IMG/VR virus record: IMGVR_UViG_3300028840_001431
Coordinates: 1 to 62,650 of that record
Source: a virus
Lineage: Duplodnaviria > Caudoviricetes
DNA: 62,650 nucleotides
Reading direction: 5' to 3' (one strand)
Shown here: positions 17,807 to 27,600 of the stretch, in pieces
How the letters are laid out: each line of letters opens with the position of its first letter
How positions within the stretch are numbered: the stretch's first letter is position 1
Notes under the pieces: model-generated
What the model saw: only the letters and a program-made list of their open reading frames with translations
Databases searched by the model: none
Told to the model about the DNA's origin: nothing
Translations under genes and position numbers: made by a program

Positions 17807-20449
17807 ATGATACGCCTCAGATATGCCATTCTTGCAGTCCTAGCGGGATTCTTGGCTTTTGCTTATAACAATGTGTCATTAGGCCAAGATGACGATGAGC
17901 AGAAATGGGCAATAACTGACAAGACAAAGACCCCGAAAGAACGCCATCGTGCAACTTCATTCGCTCTTGCCGGGAAGCTTGACAGGACAAGCCCGTTTGT
18001 TGCTTTGGATGGGAGCAATATCAAGGAAGCCGTCAATATGCGGCGACCCGCCCCCGGCTTGCCCGTTGGTTGGAAGGCTCGGGGAGGATGCACTCCTTAT
18101 AATACCACCGCAATAGCATCAGCCGAAGTTAAGGGCCTTGCTCAGCTAATCGTTACCGAAACAGGCGTTGAGAAGTTTTACGCTCAATGCAATGATGACT
18201 TTTATGTTTCCTCAGGCACTCCCCCTGATACCGTTACCACTTTCGGGACAAAGCTTCTTGACCTTGCCTCGGATGCGGGGCCAATGCATTGGGGAAAGAT
18301 TGACGATGAGATCACTTGTGCCGCCTCAGGCCAAACCCCTTGGGCTACCTCGGGGGGCTCAACCTACCCTGACTCCTTCCTGACTCAGCATACCACCGGA
18401 ACCACGGCTTACAATGATGGAAGCATGTTGGTTGCCGATGAATTGGACACCACTTCAATCGGTATGCCTAACCATTCAGGAACCTCGGAATATGCCTATC
18501 TAGGGTTTCACAGAAGGCTTGACGGGGCCGAGCTTCAGTTAATCGCCGGAACCACCAACATAATGGCCGCTAAGACGGGTGTTTCAGCCTATACGTCTTC
18601 AGGGTGGACCTCATGCACGAACATCGTTGACGGTACGGCTGATGGCTCAGGCGTAACGACTCTCTATGAATCCGGCTACATTGCATGGACAAACCCCGCA
18701 AACATGATCCCATATGTTTTGCCGGGGACGAAGAACCATCTCTTTTGGTATCGATTCCGCGTAACCGCCGATGTGACCGACAATGTTCAGGTCAAGAGGA
18801 TCTTGGTTGCCGATATCTGCGAAGAGGTTACTCACTTATGGTCAGGACTCTATGAGATCGTTCTTGGAGCCCTAGAATCTCATACGACCGGATTTTACGA
18901 TTGGACCCCTGAGGTCACAGATGGAAGTGATGTCGAATACATGGATGCCGATATCACGAATTCTCAGGCCATCTATCTCGGGTTTGCTCAGCCTGTCATG
19001 GGCTTCTTCATGGAAATTACCTCTGACTCGGGGAACGTGGGGACAGCTACGGGATGGAGGGTCTATTATTGGGACGGGGATGAATCTGATTGGTCTGAGA
19101 TAACCGGAGTGACCAACGATAGCACGGGTGAGGGATACCCGCTTCAGCATACCGGGGTCATGCAATGGGACACCAACGGAATCAGGCCTGATCGAAGGCA
19201 ACTCGCGGGGCGGTTGACTCCGTTCTATTGGTACAAATGGGAGCCGATTGTAAGTCTTGCCTCAGAAACGATCAGCCTTTATGAGATCGGTGGGATAGTT
19301 GATCCGAATGGGGTCCGGGATATCAGCAAGTACGAAGGGGTGATGCACTACAATGGAAGGGCCATGTATTGGCCGGGGCAAGACTATAAGAACGGGATGG
19401 ATTACTCTCAAGAGTATGAACCCCAAATCATAAACGGCCCCAAAGCCGGAAGCACGGGCGGGATTTTCGGTCCCGGTCGAGTTCACCTAGCCCTTGAATA
19501 TTCCTCGTATGGAATCGTGTTTACAAAGGACCCCTATCGAACCTATGTGCTTCAGGGCAAGGTTCCGGGTGAATTTGATGAGCTTTGCATATCAACAAAG
19601 GTTGGGGCTATTGGGCCTCACGCGGCTTGCGTTGTCGAGGATGGGATTCAAGCCTTTGCCAAAACCCGAATTGTTCATGCTGTCTTTTTCGTGGCTCAGG
19701 ATGGTCTATATTTGACCGATGGGATGACAGTCACGAAGATCAGTCAACCGATATCGGATTATTGGGACACCGGGGCAACCCCTTACATCCAACCCGAGTA
19801 CGCCTATAAATGCTATGTTTGGTATAATTTTATTGACAAGACGGTTCACATCGGGGCTCCCGTTAATTTTGAAAACGATGATACGCCTCAGACGACTTGC
19901 AACGTTGAACTCATTTACAGTCCGATTGGGGAGGAATTCTATGACAGGTACGTGAGGAATAGTCCTGCCGCTTGCGGCCTCAGTTTAATCGGCAATGATG
20001 ACCAGAGGTTGACATACATTGGTGATTACTCAGGGACGGTACATCGGCTCGATACCGGAAAAAACGACAATAATAATGTCATCACCCACCATATCAAGAC
20101 CGCCGATTTTAACCCATTAGAAGGCAAGCTTGAAGATGCCTTAAATCATAAATTCAAACTTCGTGCGGTCAAGATCAAGGCGAAAGCTCAGACGGTGGGA
20201 GTAGCTGAAATATTGGTTTACCCGGACGATGCCGATTCGGGTGTGACCCCTCCCGGCGGGACTATTTCCTTAGTAAATTCAGGGTACAAGCTTGCTCAAG
20301 GTAGGACCTTGATGGGGAGAGATATTACATACCTGATGGAGACTAATTCCATAAGATTCAGAAGCGGAGTTTCGACCGCTGAACTAGATACTGTGATGGA
20401 ACTCTATGGTTATACAGTCGATTATTACGAGGTCAGGCCGACTCACTAG
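17807..20449 (+). CDS. Tail nozzle/tubular-B-like (stabilisation) protein with N-terminal signal-like segment
   Basis: 880-aa beta-rich; ISTKVGAIGP...VFFVAQDGLYLTDGMTVTKISQPI typical of podovirus nozzle proteins. Confidence 0.6.
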   Translation: MIRLRYAILAVLAGFLAFAYNNVSLGQDDDEQKWAITDKTKTPKERHRATSFALAGKLDRTSPFVALDGSNIKEAVNMRRPAPGLPVGWKARGGCTPYNTTAIASAEVKGLAQLIVTETGVEKFYAQCNDDFYVSSGTPPDTVTTFGTKLLDLASDAGPMHWGKIDDEITCAASGQTPWATSGGSTYPDSFLTQHTTGTTAYNDGSMLVADELDTTSIGMPNHSGTSEYAYLGFHRRLDGAELQLIAGTTNIMAAKTGVSAYTSSGWTSCTNIVDGTADGSGVTTLYESGYIAWTNPANMIPYVLPGTKNHLFWYRFRVTADVTDNVQVKRILVADICEEVTHLWSGLYEIVLGALESHTTGFYDWTPEVTDGSDVEYMDADITNSQAIYLGFAQPVMGFFMEITSDSGNVGTATGWRVYYWDGDESDWSEITGVTNDSTGEGYPLQHTGVMQWDTNGIRPDRRQLAGRLTPFYWYKWEPIVSLASETISLYEIGGIVDPNGVRDISKYEGVMHYNGRAMYWPGQDYKNGMDYSQEYEPQIINGPKAGSTGGIFGPGRVHLALEYSSYGIVFTKDPYRTYVLQGKVPGEFDELCISTKVGAIGPHAACVVEDGIQAFAKTRIVHAVFFVAQDGLYLTDGMTVTKISQPISDYWDTGATPYIQPEYAYKCYVWYNFIDKTVHIGAPVNFENDDTPQTTCNVELIYSPIGEEFYDRYVRNSPAACGLSLIGNDDQRLTYIGDYSGTVHRLDTGKNDNNNVITHHIKTADFNPLEGKLEDALNHKFKLRAVKIKAKAQTVGVAEILVYPDDADSGVTPPGGTISLVNSGYKLAQGRTLMGRDITYLMETNSIRFRSGVSTAELDTVMELYGYTVDYYEVRPTH

Positions 20450-21884
20450 CATATGCCTTGTGCTCTTCTTCCTCATTGCGGGGGTGTCTGACGGGAAGAT
20501 CATTCGTCCGGGCTCGGGTGAGGAATATGAGACTTTCACCGAGAGGATCAGAAAGACCCACGAATCGGATATCAAGGCTAGGTTCCCGAAAGATGAAATT
20601 CGACCTGATACTGTGCATGGGGTCAAGGAGAGTCTTGATGCATTTAGGAAAGCATCGAAAGATAAAAAGCCTTGGGCTCATAACGACTTTAACGAGATGG
20701 AGGAAATTGCTTGGCCCCATTTCGATATCAGTTTCCCAAATTGGGACTATCCCGACATGCCTTGGTGGCCGGGGTTTGATCCATGGCCAACGGGGCCGTA
20801 TGGGCCTCAGCATCCTGACGATATCCTTGACGTTCCGGGTTGGTATTTACACGGTTGTTGGATTTCATGTTTTCCGGGGATTATCGAGTGCGTTGATGGA
20901 GAAGCCGAATGTGTTATCACGACTTCACAAATCATATGTGGGATTGATGTAGTCGGACAGGTTCAGGATTGGAGGTTAGAGGGGAACAACCTTATCATCG
21001 TTCCGGCCATCTCGGCGGTCGATAATAGCGTTATCGAAGTCGAGGTTTGTACCTGTCCCCTTGATTGGCAATTAAAAGGCGGTTGTTGTGATGCTCGGAT
21101 CATTATCAACTGTGAGGAAGAAGAGGAAGATATATGCCTAGGGGCCACTCCAACAATCGTTGCAGATGCCACGACCGAGGCGGCTTATGGTGATATTTGC
21201 TCAGGTGGAAACACGTCTGGAACCTTCAGCGTTCAGAGTGGAGGCCTCGCGGTTCCACCATATGAGTGGACTCTCACCTGTGCGGGGTCAAATTTCACTC
21301 TCGATGGTCAGGCTTGCCCCGCCACGGCTGAGACTAGTTCTGATGGGTCCTCGGTCACGGTTGCTTCATCAGGGGCATGTGGAGGGGCCACTTTAAGGGT
21401 CGAGGATGCTTGTGGTGAAACCGATACATATACGATCATGTGCTCAGATTCGGGGTCTTGGGTCACGATTTATAGCACGGCCCTTGGAGATCCTGAGTCA
21501 GACGCATGTAATATGCCGGGAGAATCAACTCATATCGTGGCGGGTCAAATGCGGCTTGATGCCGGATACCGAAGGCAATACCATAATTACATCACGGTTG
21601 GGGCCGGGGCTGTCCAATGCGTCGGATCAGGGTGCGGAAGCCCACCCCTCAATGATTGCCAGTATGATGGATCTCCGGGACGTTGTTGCGGTGGTGGGTG
21701 TCCCTCATGGGGTTGCTATGATTGCCTTTGCGGAAACGGGACCCTCGTAGGGTGTGCGGCCCTTACTTTCAGGATTTGTGATATGTGCGGTTGTGATGAT
21801 TGTTGGCATATAACGGGTGGGTATTATCAATGTGCCTGTAACTGCTCAGTTGACTTCGTTTATCAGGAATGGCAATGCCCATAA
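20406..21884 (+). CDS. Cysteine-rich putative tail/receptor-binding protein
   Basis: ~37 Cys by hand count in 492 aa; hydrophobic N-terminus. Confidence 0.6.
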   Translation: MVIQSIITRSGRLTSICLVLFFLIAGVSDGKIIRPGSGEEYETFTERIRKTHESDIKARFPKDEIRPDTVHGVKESLDAFRKASKDKKPWAHNDFNEMEEIAWPHFDISFPNWDYPDMPWWPGFDPWPTGPYGPQHPDDILDVPGWYLHGCWISCFPGIIECVDGEAECVITTSQIICGIDVVGQVQDWRLEGNNLIIVPAISAVDNSVIEVEVCTCPLDWQLKGGCCDARIIINCEEEEEDICLGATPTIVADATTEAAYGDICSGGNTSGTFSVQSGGLAVPPYEWTLTCAGSNFTLDGQACPATAETSSDGSSVTVASSGACGGATLRVEDACGETDTYTIMCSDSGSWVTIYSTALGDPESDACNMPGESTHIVAGQMRLDAGYRRQYHNYITVGAGAVQCVGSGCGSPPLNDCQYDGSPGRCCGGGCPSWGCYDCLCGNGTLVGCAALTFRICDMCGCDDCWHITGGYYQCACNCSVDFVYQEWQCP

Positions 21885-22213
21885 TCTTACTTTTGCTGAT
21901 ATTCCCAAGCTTTGCAAACGCGGCCCCGTTTGATATTGGGGAAGTTGTGAGGAGGGACAGGACCGGAAGGCTCCCCGAGTACAGGCAGATTACTGTAAAA
22001 GTCGAAAAACGCAATGATTGGAGAAAACGAAGATATGCCAAAATAATGGCCGATATCCAAGAGGAGAGGAGAAAGAAGGAATCAGAATGGGCATTGTGGA
22101 AGCTCGGGAACATATTGGACAAGATGAAGCCGTTCTTGATTTCCGTGGACTCAGATCTAAATCCTACCCTTGTGTTAAACCCAAAATATATGCAGTTCAG
22201 GGCCAAGGGCTGA
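21869..22213 (+). CDS. Secreted hypothetical protein
   Basis: MPIILLLLIFPSFANA-APF signal peptide. Confidence 0.55.
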   Translation: MAMPIILLLLIFPSFANAAPFDIGEVVRRDRTGRLPEYRQITVKVEKRNDWRKRRYAKIMADIQEERRKKESEWALWKLGNILDKMKPFLISVDSDLNPTLVLNPKYMQFRAKG

Positions 22214-22295
22214 GGGGACAAAAAGAAGCCGGAGTTCCCGGATGACCCTGACCAAATGACAGAGGAAGAACTTCAAGCATGGCTAGAAGGGGAGG

Positions 22296-22925
22296 ATGAA
22301 GATGAGCATATACACTGAGAATCTCTTGAGAGGTATGCAATCAGGGTACGGTGGGGGTAGGGGATATAACCCTTACCAGATTCACGCGGCTGTACTTGGT
22401 GAGGCTTCAGGGAAACTCGCGGCCCGGAGATGGAAAGATCAGTTTGAGGAGGGCCGAAGGCAGTTTCAAAAGAGCTATGAGCTTAAGTCTCGGGACCTCG
22501 ATGAGATCATCAAAGAGCGGGAAAGACAATATCAGCTTGACTTGAAAGAGCTTACCCAAAGACAGAACGAATTCAAGACGAATGTAGCGGCAAACCTCTT
22601 TCAGAGTGGAGCCGGGACCCCTTCCGAGCGTATTGATTGGATGAGTGCCTTCGGATTCTCCGATGAGCCACGGGCAACCGTTCCGGGGGCCGGGAATATC
22701 TATGGATCTGAGGCGGTTGATTATAAGATAGGTGAGGGTCAGCCTCTCTCGGCGGGTGGAACTGGCGGGGGGAATCTTGCCGACAAGATCAGGAATATTG
22801 CCGCCCTTGAAAGCATGGCGACTCAGGCCGCTTACTCTAAGGGGTTTGGGAGTGGCATAGGCCCCGCCGCTCAGCGTCATGGGGAACTCATGAATAAAGT
22901 CAGGCAACTGACAAGAACCCTCTAA
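22296..22925 (+). CDS. Putative internal virion/ejection protein
   Basis: G/Q/A-rich coiled coil; position between tail genes and the giant protein. Confidence 0.5.
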   Translation: MKMSIYTENLLRGMQSGYGGGRGYNPYQIHAAVLGEASGKLAARRWKDQFEEGRRQFQKSYELKSRDLDEIIKERERQYQLDLKELTQRQNEFKTNVAANLFQSGAGTPSERIDWMSAFGFSDEPRATVPGAGNIYGSEAVDYKIGEGQPLSAGGTGGGNLADKIRNIAALESMATQAAYSKGFGSGIGPAAQRHGELMNKVRQLTRTL

Positions 22926-22937
22926 GGAGTACCGAAA

Positions 22938-24698
22938 ATGGCAACTTCAGCTTATACGCGGCTTTTTGGATCTCAGGGGTTGGAGCCCACCTCTGAGGAT
23001 TTGTACGCTCAGGATAAGGCCGAGGCCGCAACTCTGATCGGAAAGATCAAGTCTCTTCAACAAGCGGCCAAGGCTCCCTATGTGCCATCAACAAGCCCCT
23101 TCCCTTCTGAGCAGAGATTATCGAAGTCAAACTATGCTCAGCGGCAATATGAGGCCAACCGCCGGATAGCTGATGCCATCAGTATGCTTGCCGATGTGGA
23201 GGGTAGGACAACAGAATTTGAGGCCGGATTAGCGGCCCAAGAGGTTCAGCAAAAGCTCGACAAAGAGCAAGAAGAGATCGAGCAGATGAAAACCTCCCGA
23301 GACATCCTCAAGAGCTATGAGGACACCGGGGGACGGGCAACGGGTGGTTTTGTTCCTACCATGAAGAAGGATGGGACCATTGGCTTGAAGTGGGCAAAAC
23401 CCACGAAAAGGAAGCTCACCGTTGAGGAGGAGTCCATCAAGAAGGGCTTGCAGGATGATTATAAATTTTACCGGGATCAGATCAGGGCAATCCAAGCCAA
23501 CGATGAAGAAGCAATGCAAAAGGTCCTGAACATGAGGATACCTGAGCAAACTCAGGAAAACGTGATGAGAGGGCTTAGGGAACAGCATGGGGACAATGAG
23601 GAAGCCATCCAGCAAGGGTATGTTGATTATCTGAAGCAACAAGTAATGATTCCACTTAAGAGGGGGATGCTCGATACTCAGAGATCCATGGCTCAATTCA
23701 ATCAATCTCTTGGTGGTGGTCAGGCAGGATTTATGCAGGGAGCCCGGAAAGGTGAAGGCCCGATATATGTTGAGCCGGGATACAGGACCGAAAGCGGTGA
23801 GATCGAAGGGCTAAGGGCAACCAACGTGCCTTATTCTGATATCATTGCTGAAGCCATTGCAAGGGAGCAAGCGGGGCAACCCACGGCAAGAGAGGCCGAA
23901 ACCCCCGCCGCACCTCAGGGCCGAGGGGGAGCCGCCGAGGAAGCTTTTCAGATCCTATTGGATTCTCCGAAGAGGGGAACCTCTGATTGGAGAAAGGCCG
24001 CTGAGGAATTCATTAGCCGATTCGGTGATGACCCCGCCGCCGCTGATATGATTGCCGCCCTTGATATGGAACTTAGGAACATTCCGAGTGATGGACCCGT
24101 CAGGACCGACATTGCAAATTGGCAGAGGCCATCAATTCAGGAAGGCCTTAGGAGTGGAGTGAGGGCGATAGCCGCCGCATTGGAAGGGATGCCTACGGGT
24201 GAAACTAGGGTTCCGGGGGCTGAACATTTGACCATTCCCCGAGCAGATAGAGGGGACGCCGGGAGATCCGCTTTCGCCGCTGAAGAGGCCCCGAGGGGTA
24301 GGGCTCCCCAAGATGTACCGAGAAGAAGGACTCCGGCCACTCAGCCGATCACCGGGAGATCAATCGGTGAGGTCTTGGTTGATCAGTACGAACAGCACAG
24401 GAAAAAAAGGATGGATGACCTAGTTGCTAACAGAGGTTCAGCCATTCGGGCCATAAAGGAGGGCTTGGGAAGGATTACCGATTATCAGGAAGAGCGTCTT
24501 GACAACATTGCAAAGCAATTAGATTCGGAGTTAGAGGGGGGATTGTCAATCGATATGCCAACGGGGGATGTGGTGAATGCTTTGAAAAAAGCGATACCGG
24601 AACTCAAGGACGATACACCCACCTTGGAAGCTCTTGCCAAATACCTCAAATCTTTGAATCCGGGGGCGGGCTTTCCTCAAAAGCGAAGGACTTTCTAA
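22938..24698 (+). CDS. Putative internal virion/ejection protein
   Basis: 586-aa helical protein; AAGGAG RBS. Confidence 0.55.
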   Translation: MATSAYTRLFGSQGLEPTSEDLYAQDKAEAATLIGKIKSLQQAAKAPYVPSTSPFPSEQRLSKSNYAQRQYEANRRIADAISMLADVEGRTTEFEAGLAAQEVQQKLDKEQEEIEQMKTSRDILKSYEDTGGRATGGFVPTMKKDGTIGLKWAKPTKRKLTVEEESIKKGLQDDYKFYRDQIRAIQANDEEAMQKVLNMRIPEQTQENVMRGLREQHGDNEEAIQQGYVDYLKQQVMIPLKRGMLDTQRSMAQFNQSLGGGQAGFMQGARKGEGPIYVEPGYRTESGEIEGLRATNVPYSDIIAEAIAREQAGQPTAREAETPAAPQGRGGAAEEAFQILLDSPKRGTSDWRKAAEEFISRFGDDPAAADMIAALDMELRNIPSDGPVRTDIANWQRPSIQEGLRSGVRAIAAALEGMPTGETRVPGAEHLTIPRADRGDAGRSAFAAEEAPRGRAPQDVPRRRTPATQPITGRSIGEVLVDQYEQHRKKRMDDLVANRGSAIRAIKEGLGRITDYQEERLDNIAKQLDSELEGGLSIDMPTGDVVNALKKAIPELKDDTPTLEALAKYLKSLNPGAGFPQKRRTF

Positions 24699-27600
24699 AT
24701 GGCCTACTTTACAACGAAGTTGTCAGATATTGTGCCGGGAATCGATGACACCAACCCCACTAGGCACTTAGTCCAACCCGCTCAACAACCGAGTGCATCT
24801 CAGCAAATCGAGAGTTCCTTGATGAGTCGAAACGACCGGGAATATCTCGATCAGTTGCGGCGGGCTCATGTGCCTAAGGGTAGGCCCCACCTGATGGGAG
24901 CCGTAAAGAGTACCGCTCTTGAGGCTCTTGGAGGTTTGGGAGGCCTTTTGGAGATCCCCGGCGAAGTCATTTCTCCCCTAAAGCAAGCGGGTGAGAACGT
25001 CAGGAATTTCTATTCTCAGATTGCCGATGAGGACCCCGATGTTCAGGAATACACCAAATCAGTCATCGAAGGGCGGGAACCATGGGTTGGAGAATTCGCG
25101 GGCTCCCTTGGTCCAACGGGTATGGCCGCTCTTCTGCATACCGTTCCGCTTGCTGGTCGAGCATTGGCAACGGCTTATTTCTATAAGCTCAACAAAGAAG
25201 AGGCTGAACAACTTGCACTCGACAAGGGAGCAGATCCGCAAAGAGCCCTATGGACCGGAAGGGTTGCCGGGGCCATCAATTCAGCCTTGGATATATGGGG
25301 ATTAGATCGGATTTTTGCGGCCTCTCAACCCGCTAAGAATATTGGAAGATTCCTTCTCAATCTTGGGATGGCCGGAGTTTCCGAGGGTGCAACTGAGGGC
25401 CTTCAGGAAGTCATCTCCGATATGTCGTCCGAGTTTGCGGCAAAGCCCCCTGAGCAGGACTTTGGTGAGTTTATCTCCGGGATGGAGCAAAGGCTCCCAA
25501 CCTTCTATAATCGTTTCAAGGAAGCCGCCCTTATCGGTGGTCCCATGGGTGCTCTATTTGGTGGAGCCGCCGGGGGAGCCGCCGCTCTTCAGAGGCGGGG
25601 ACGTGCAAAAGAAGCCGAGAGGCAAAGAGTACAGACCGAGCAAGAGGCACAAGAACGGGCTCAGGAAGCCGCCCAAGACCAAAAGCGTACAAACATAGCC
25701 GATGCCGTCCAAATGGCCCTTGTGGCCGAACCGGGGGGTCCTAGAGACTTTATTTTGAAGGGGGCCTTGATTCCGGCTATGACCGAGCAAACGGGTCCCG
25801 CAACCCCGGCCCAACGTCGAGCCTTGCCGGAACCTCAAAGAGCCCTCCCTGAACCTCAGAGGATGCTCCCTCATTCCACTATCCCACCAATTGAAGCTGG
25901 TCCTTTCCCGCTAGTACCGACTGAACCGCGTAGGCCTACCGAGGCCCCCACAACGGTCTTGCCGATAGGTGAAGAGGCCGTTGAGGCGGGTCCCTACCCC
26001 ATAGTTCCTACCGAAGGACCAAGAACAGATATCGGAAGAGCGGGCCTTGCTCGGAGAGTTCAGCAAGTTGCCGGGATAGGAGAACCGACCGGGGAAGTCA
26101 TAGAGATGGCTCAACCCGCCGAGGAGGAAGCCTTTGAACCCGTCGAGCCCACGGTTGAGGTCGGTGAAGCCGCCGAGGTTCCCGAGCTTACCAAAGAAGA
26201 GGTTGATCTTAAAGAGGCCTTCAGAAAAGCCCAAGAGAAAGCCGCCGCCGCTGAGCCCAAGCCGGAGAGGGAGAGAACTCGATTTGATGACATTGCCGAT
26301 GAGCTTGGGATTACATATGACGGCCCCCATCAGGGCCTAGAGCAGTTCACCACCGATAGCGGATATACGTTCTCACTCCCGCCGGGGCAAGTAACCATTA
26401 CATCAGTTCGTAAGGCAATGCCGGAAGATGAAAGGCCCGATTTTGTTCCCGGCCCTGAGCGTGAGGGAGCCGAGCCGCTTGAATTTACCGAGCCGAAACT
26501 TCCCGCCGATGTTCACGGCATTGTCATGGCTGACCCCGTTGACCCTGATAGGCAAGTCTTTTACCGAAGGGAACAGGCCGGATTTCTTCCAGAGTATGAC
26601 ACAGACGATGCCGATGCCGCTGAGCTTCTTGGGAAAAGGATAGCTTTGAAACGTGGGGTTGGGCGACCTCACAAATATGGGAATCTTATCAGGATTCTTG
26701 AGAGGAAAGGCATTCCTTACCGATTGCTTGGAAAGGATGAAACCGAGGATTTCTCTGATAAGAGGATCTCAGGCATTGGGAGCATTGATTACATTCAGGA
26801 TGAATACGCGGTCAAATATCAGGGAATCAATGAAGATGGAACCCGCCGATGGACCTATGAGGGTCAGGTTGAGGAGATAGCCGGGAAAGAGTTTACAACA
26901 AAGGGACTTGATGAGGATGAGGTTGCCGCTGAAATAGGGAAGCTTGAAGATGAGTATATAGCCGAGCAGACCGAAGCAGAGGAAGCCCTCCCGCCTGAAG
27001 AGGAGGTTGAGGTTGAAGAAGAGCCGGAAGGAGAAACCCCGCCGAAAGAGCCTAAGCCCGAGCCAACGGCTGAGGCAAAACCCGACAAAGAAGCAACCTT
27101 AAAGATACTCAGAAGGCGTCAAGAGGATTGGAATAAACAAGCGTTGAAATATGAAGGGGGGAAAGGGATACCCGTAGGGGCCGAGGGGGTTCAATATCGT
27201 TGGGCCTCTGATGCAATGATCATCATGCAAAAGGCGGTTGAGGCAGGAAAGACGATTGATGAAGCCGCGACCGAAGCCAAAGCTACGGCCCGTGGGTGGA
27301 TAGAGAAACATAATGCAAGACGGCCCAAAGATATCAATTGGAAGAGATGGGAGGGGGCCGCTGATACCTATATTGACGATGCCGTTAGGGAAGTCAAGCG
27401 GTTGGAGCCGGAAGCAATCACCGAAGAGCCTGAGGAAGTCACCGAAGAGGCTCCCGAGGTTCGGGAGGTTGCCCCTGAGGATGTCGTCAATGATGCAATG
27501 AAGAGAGTTCAGGAAGCCGCCGAGAATGCCGGGGCCGATTACTCAAACACCCCCATGATCGAAAAGGCCAAGATTGCCGATGTTCTTTGGGCCAATACCA

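Noticed and set aside
25815-25872. RALPEPQ tandem repeat in the giant ORF
   Set aside because: Short protein-level linker repeat with no sign of a separate DNA element.
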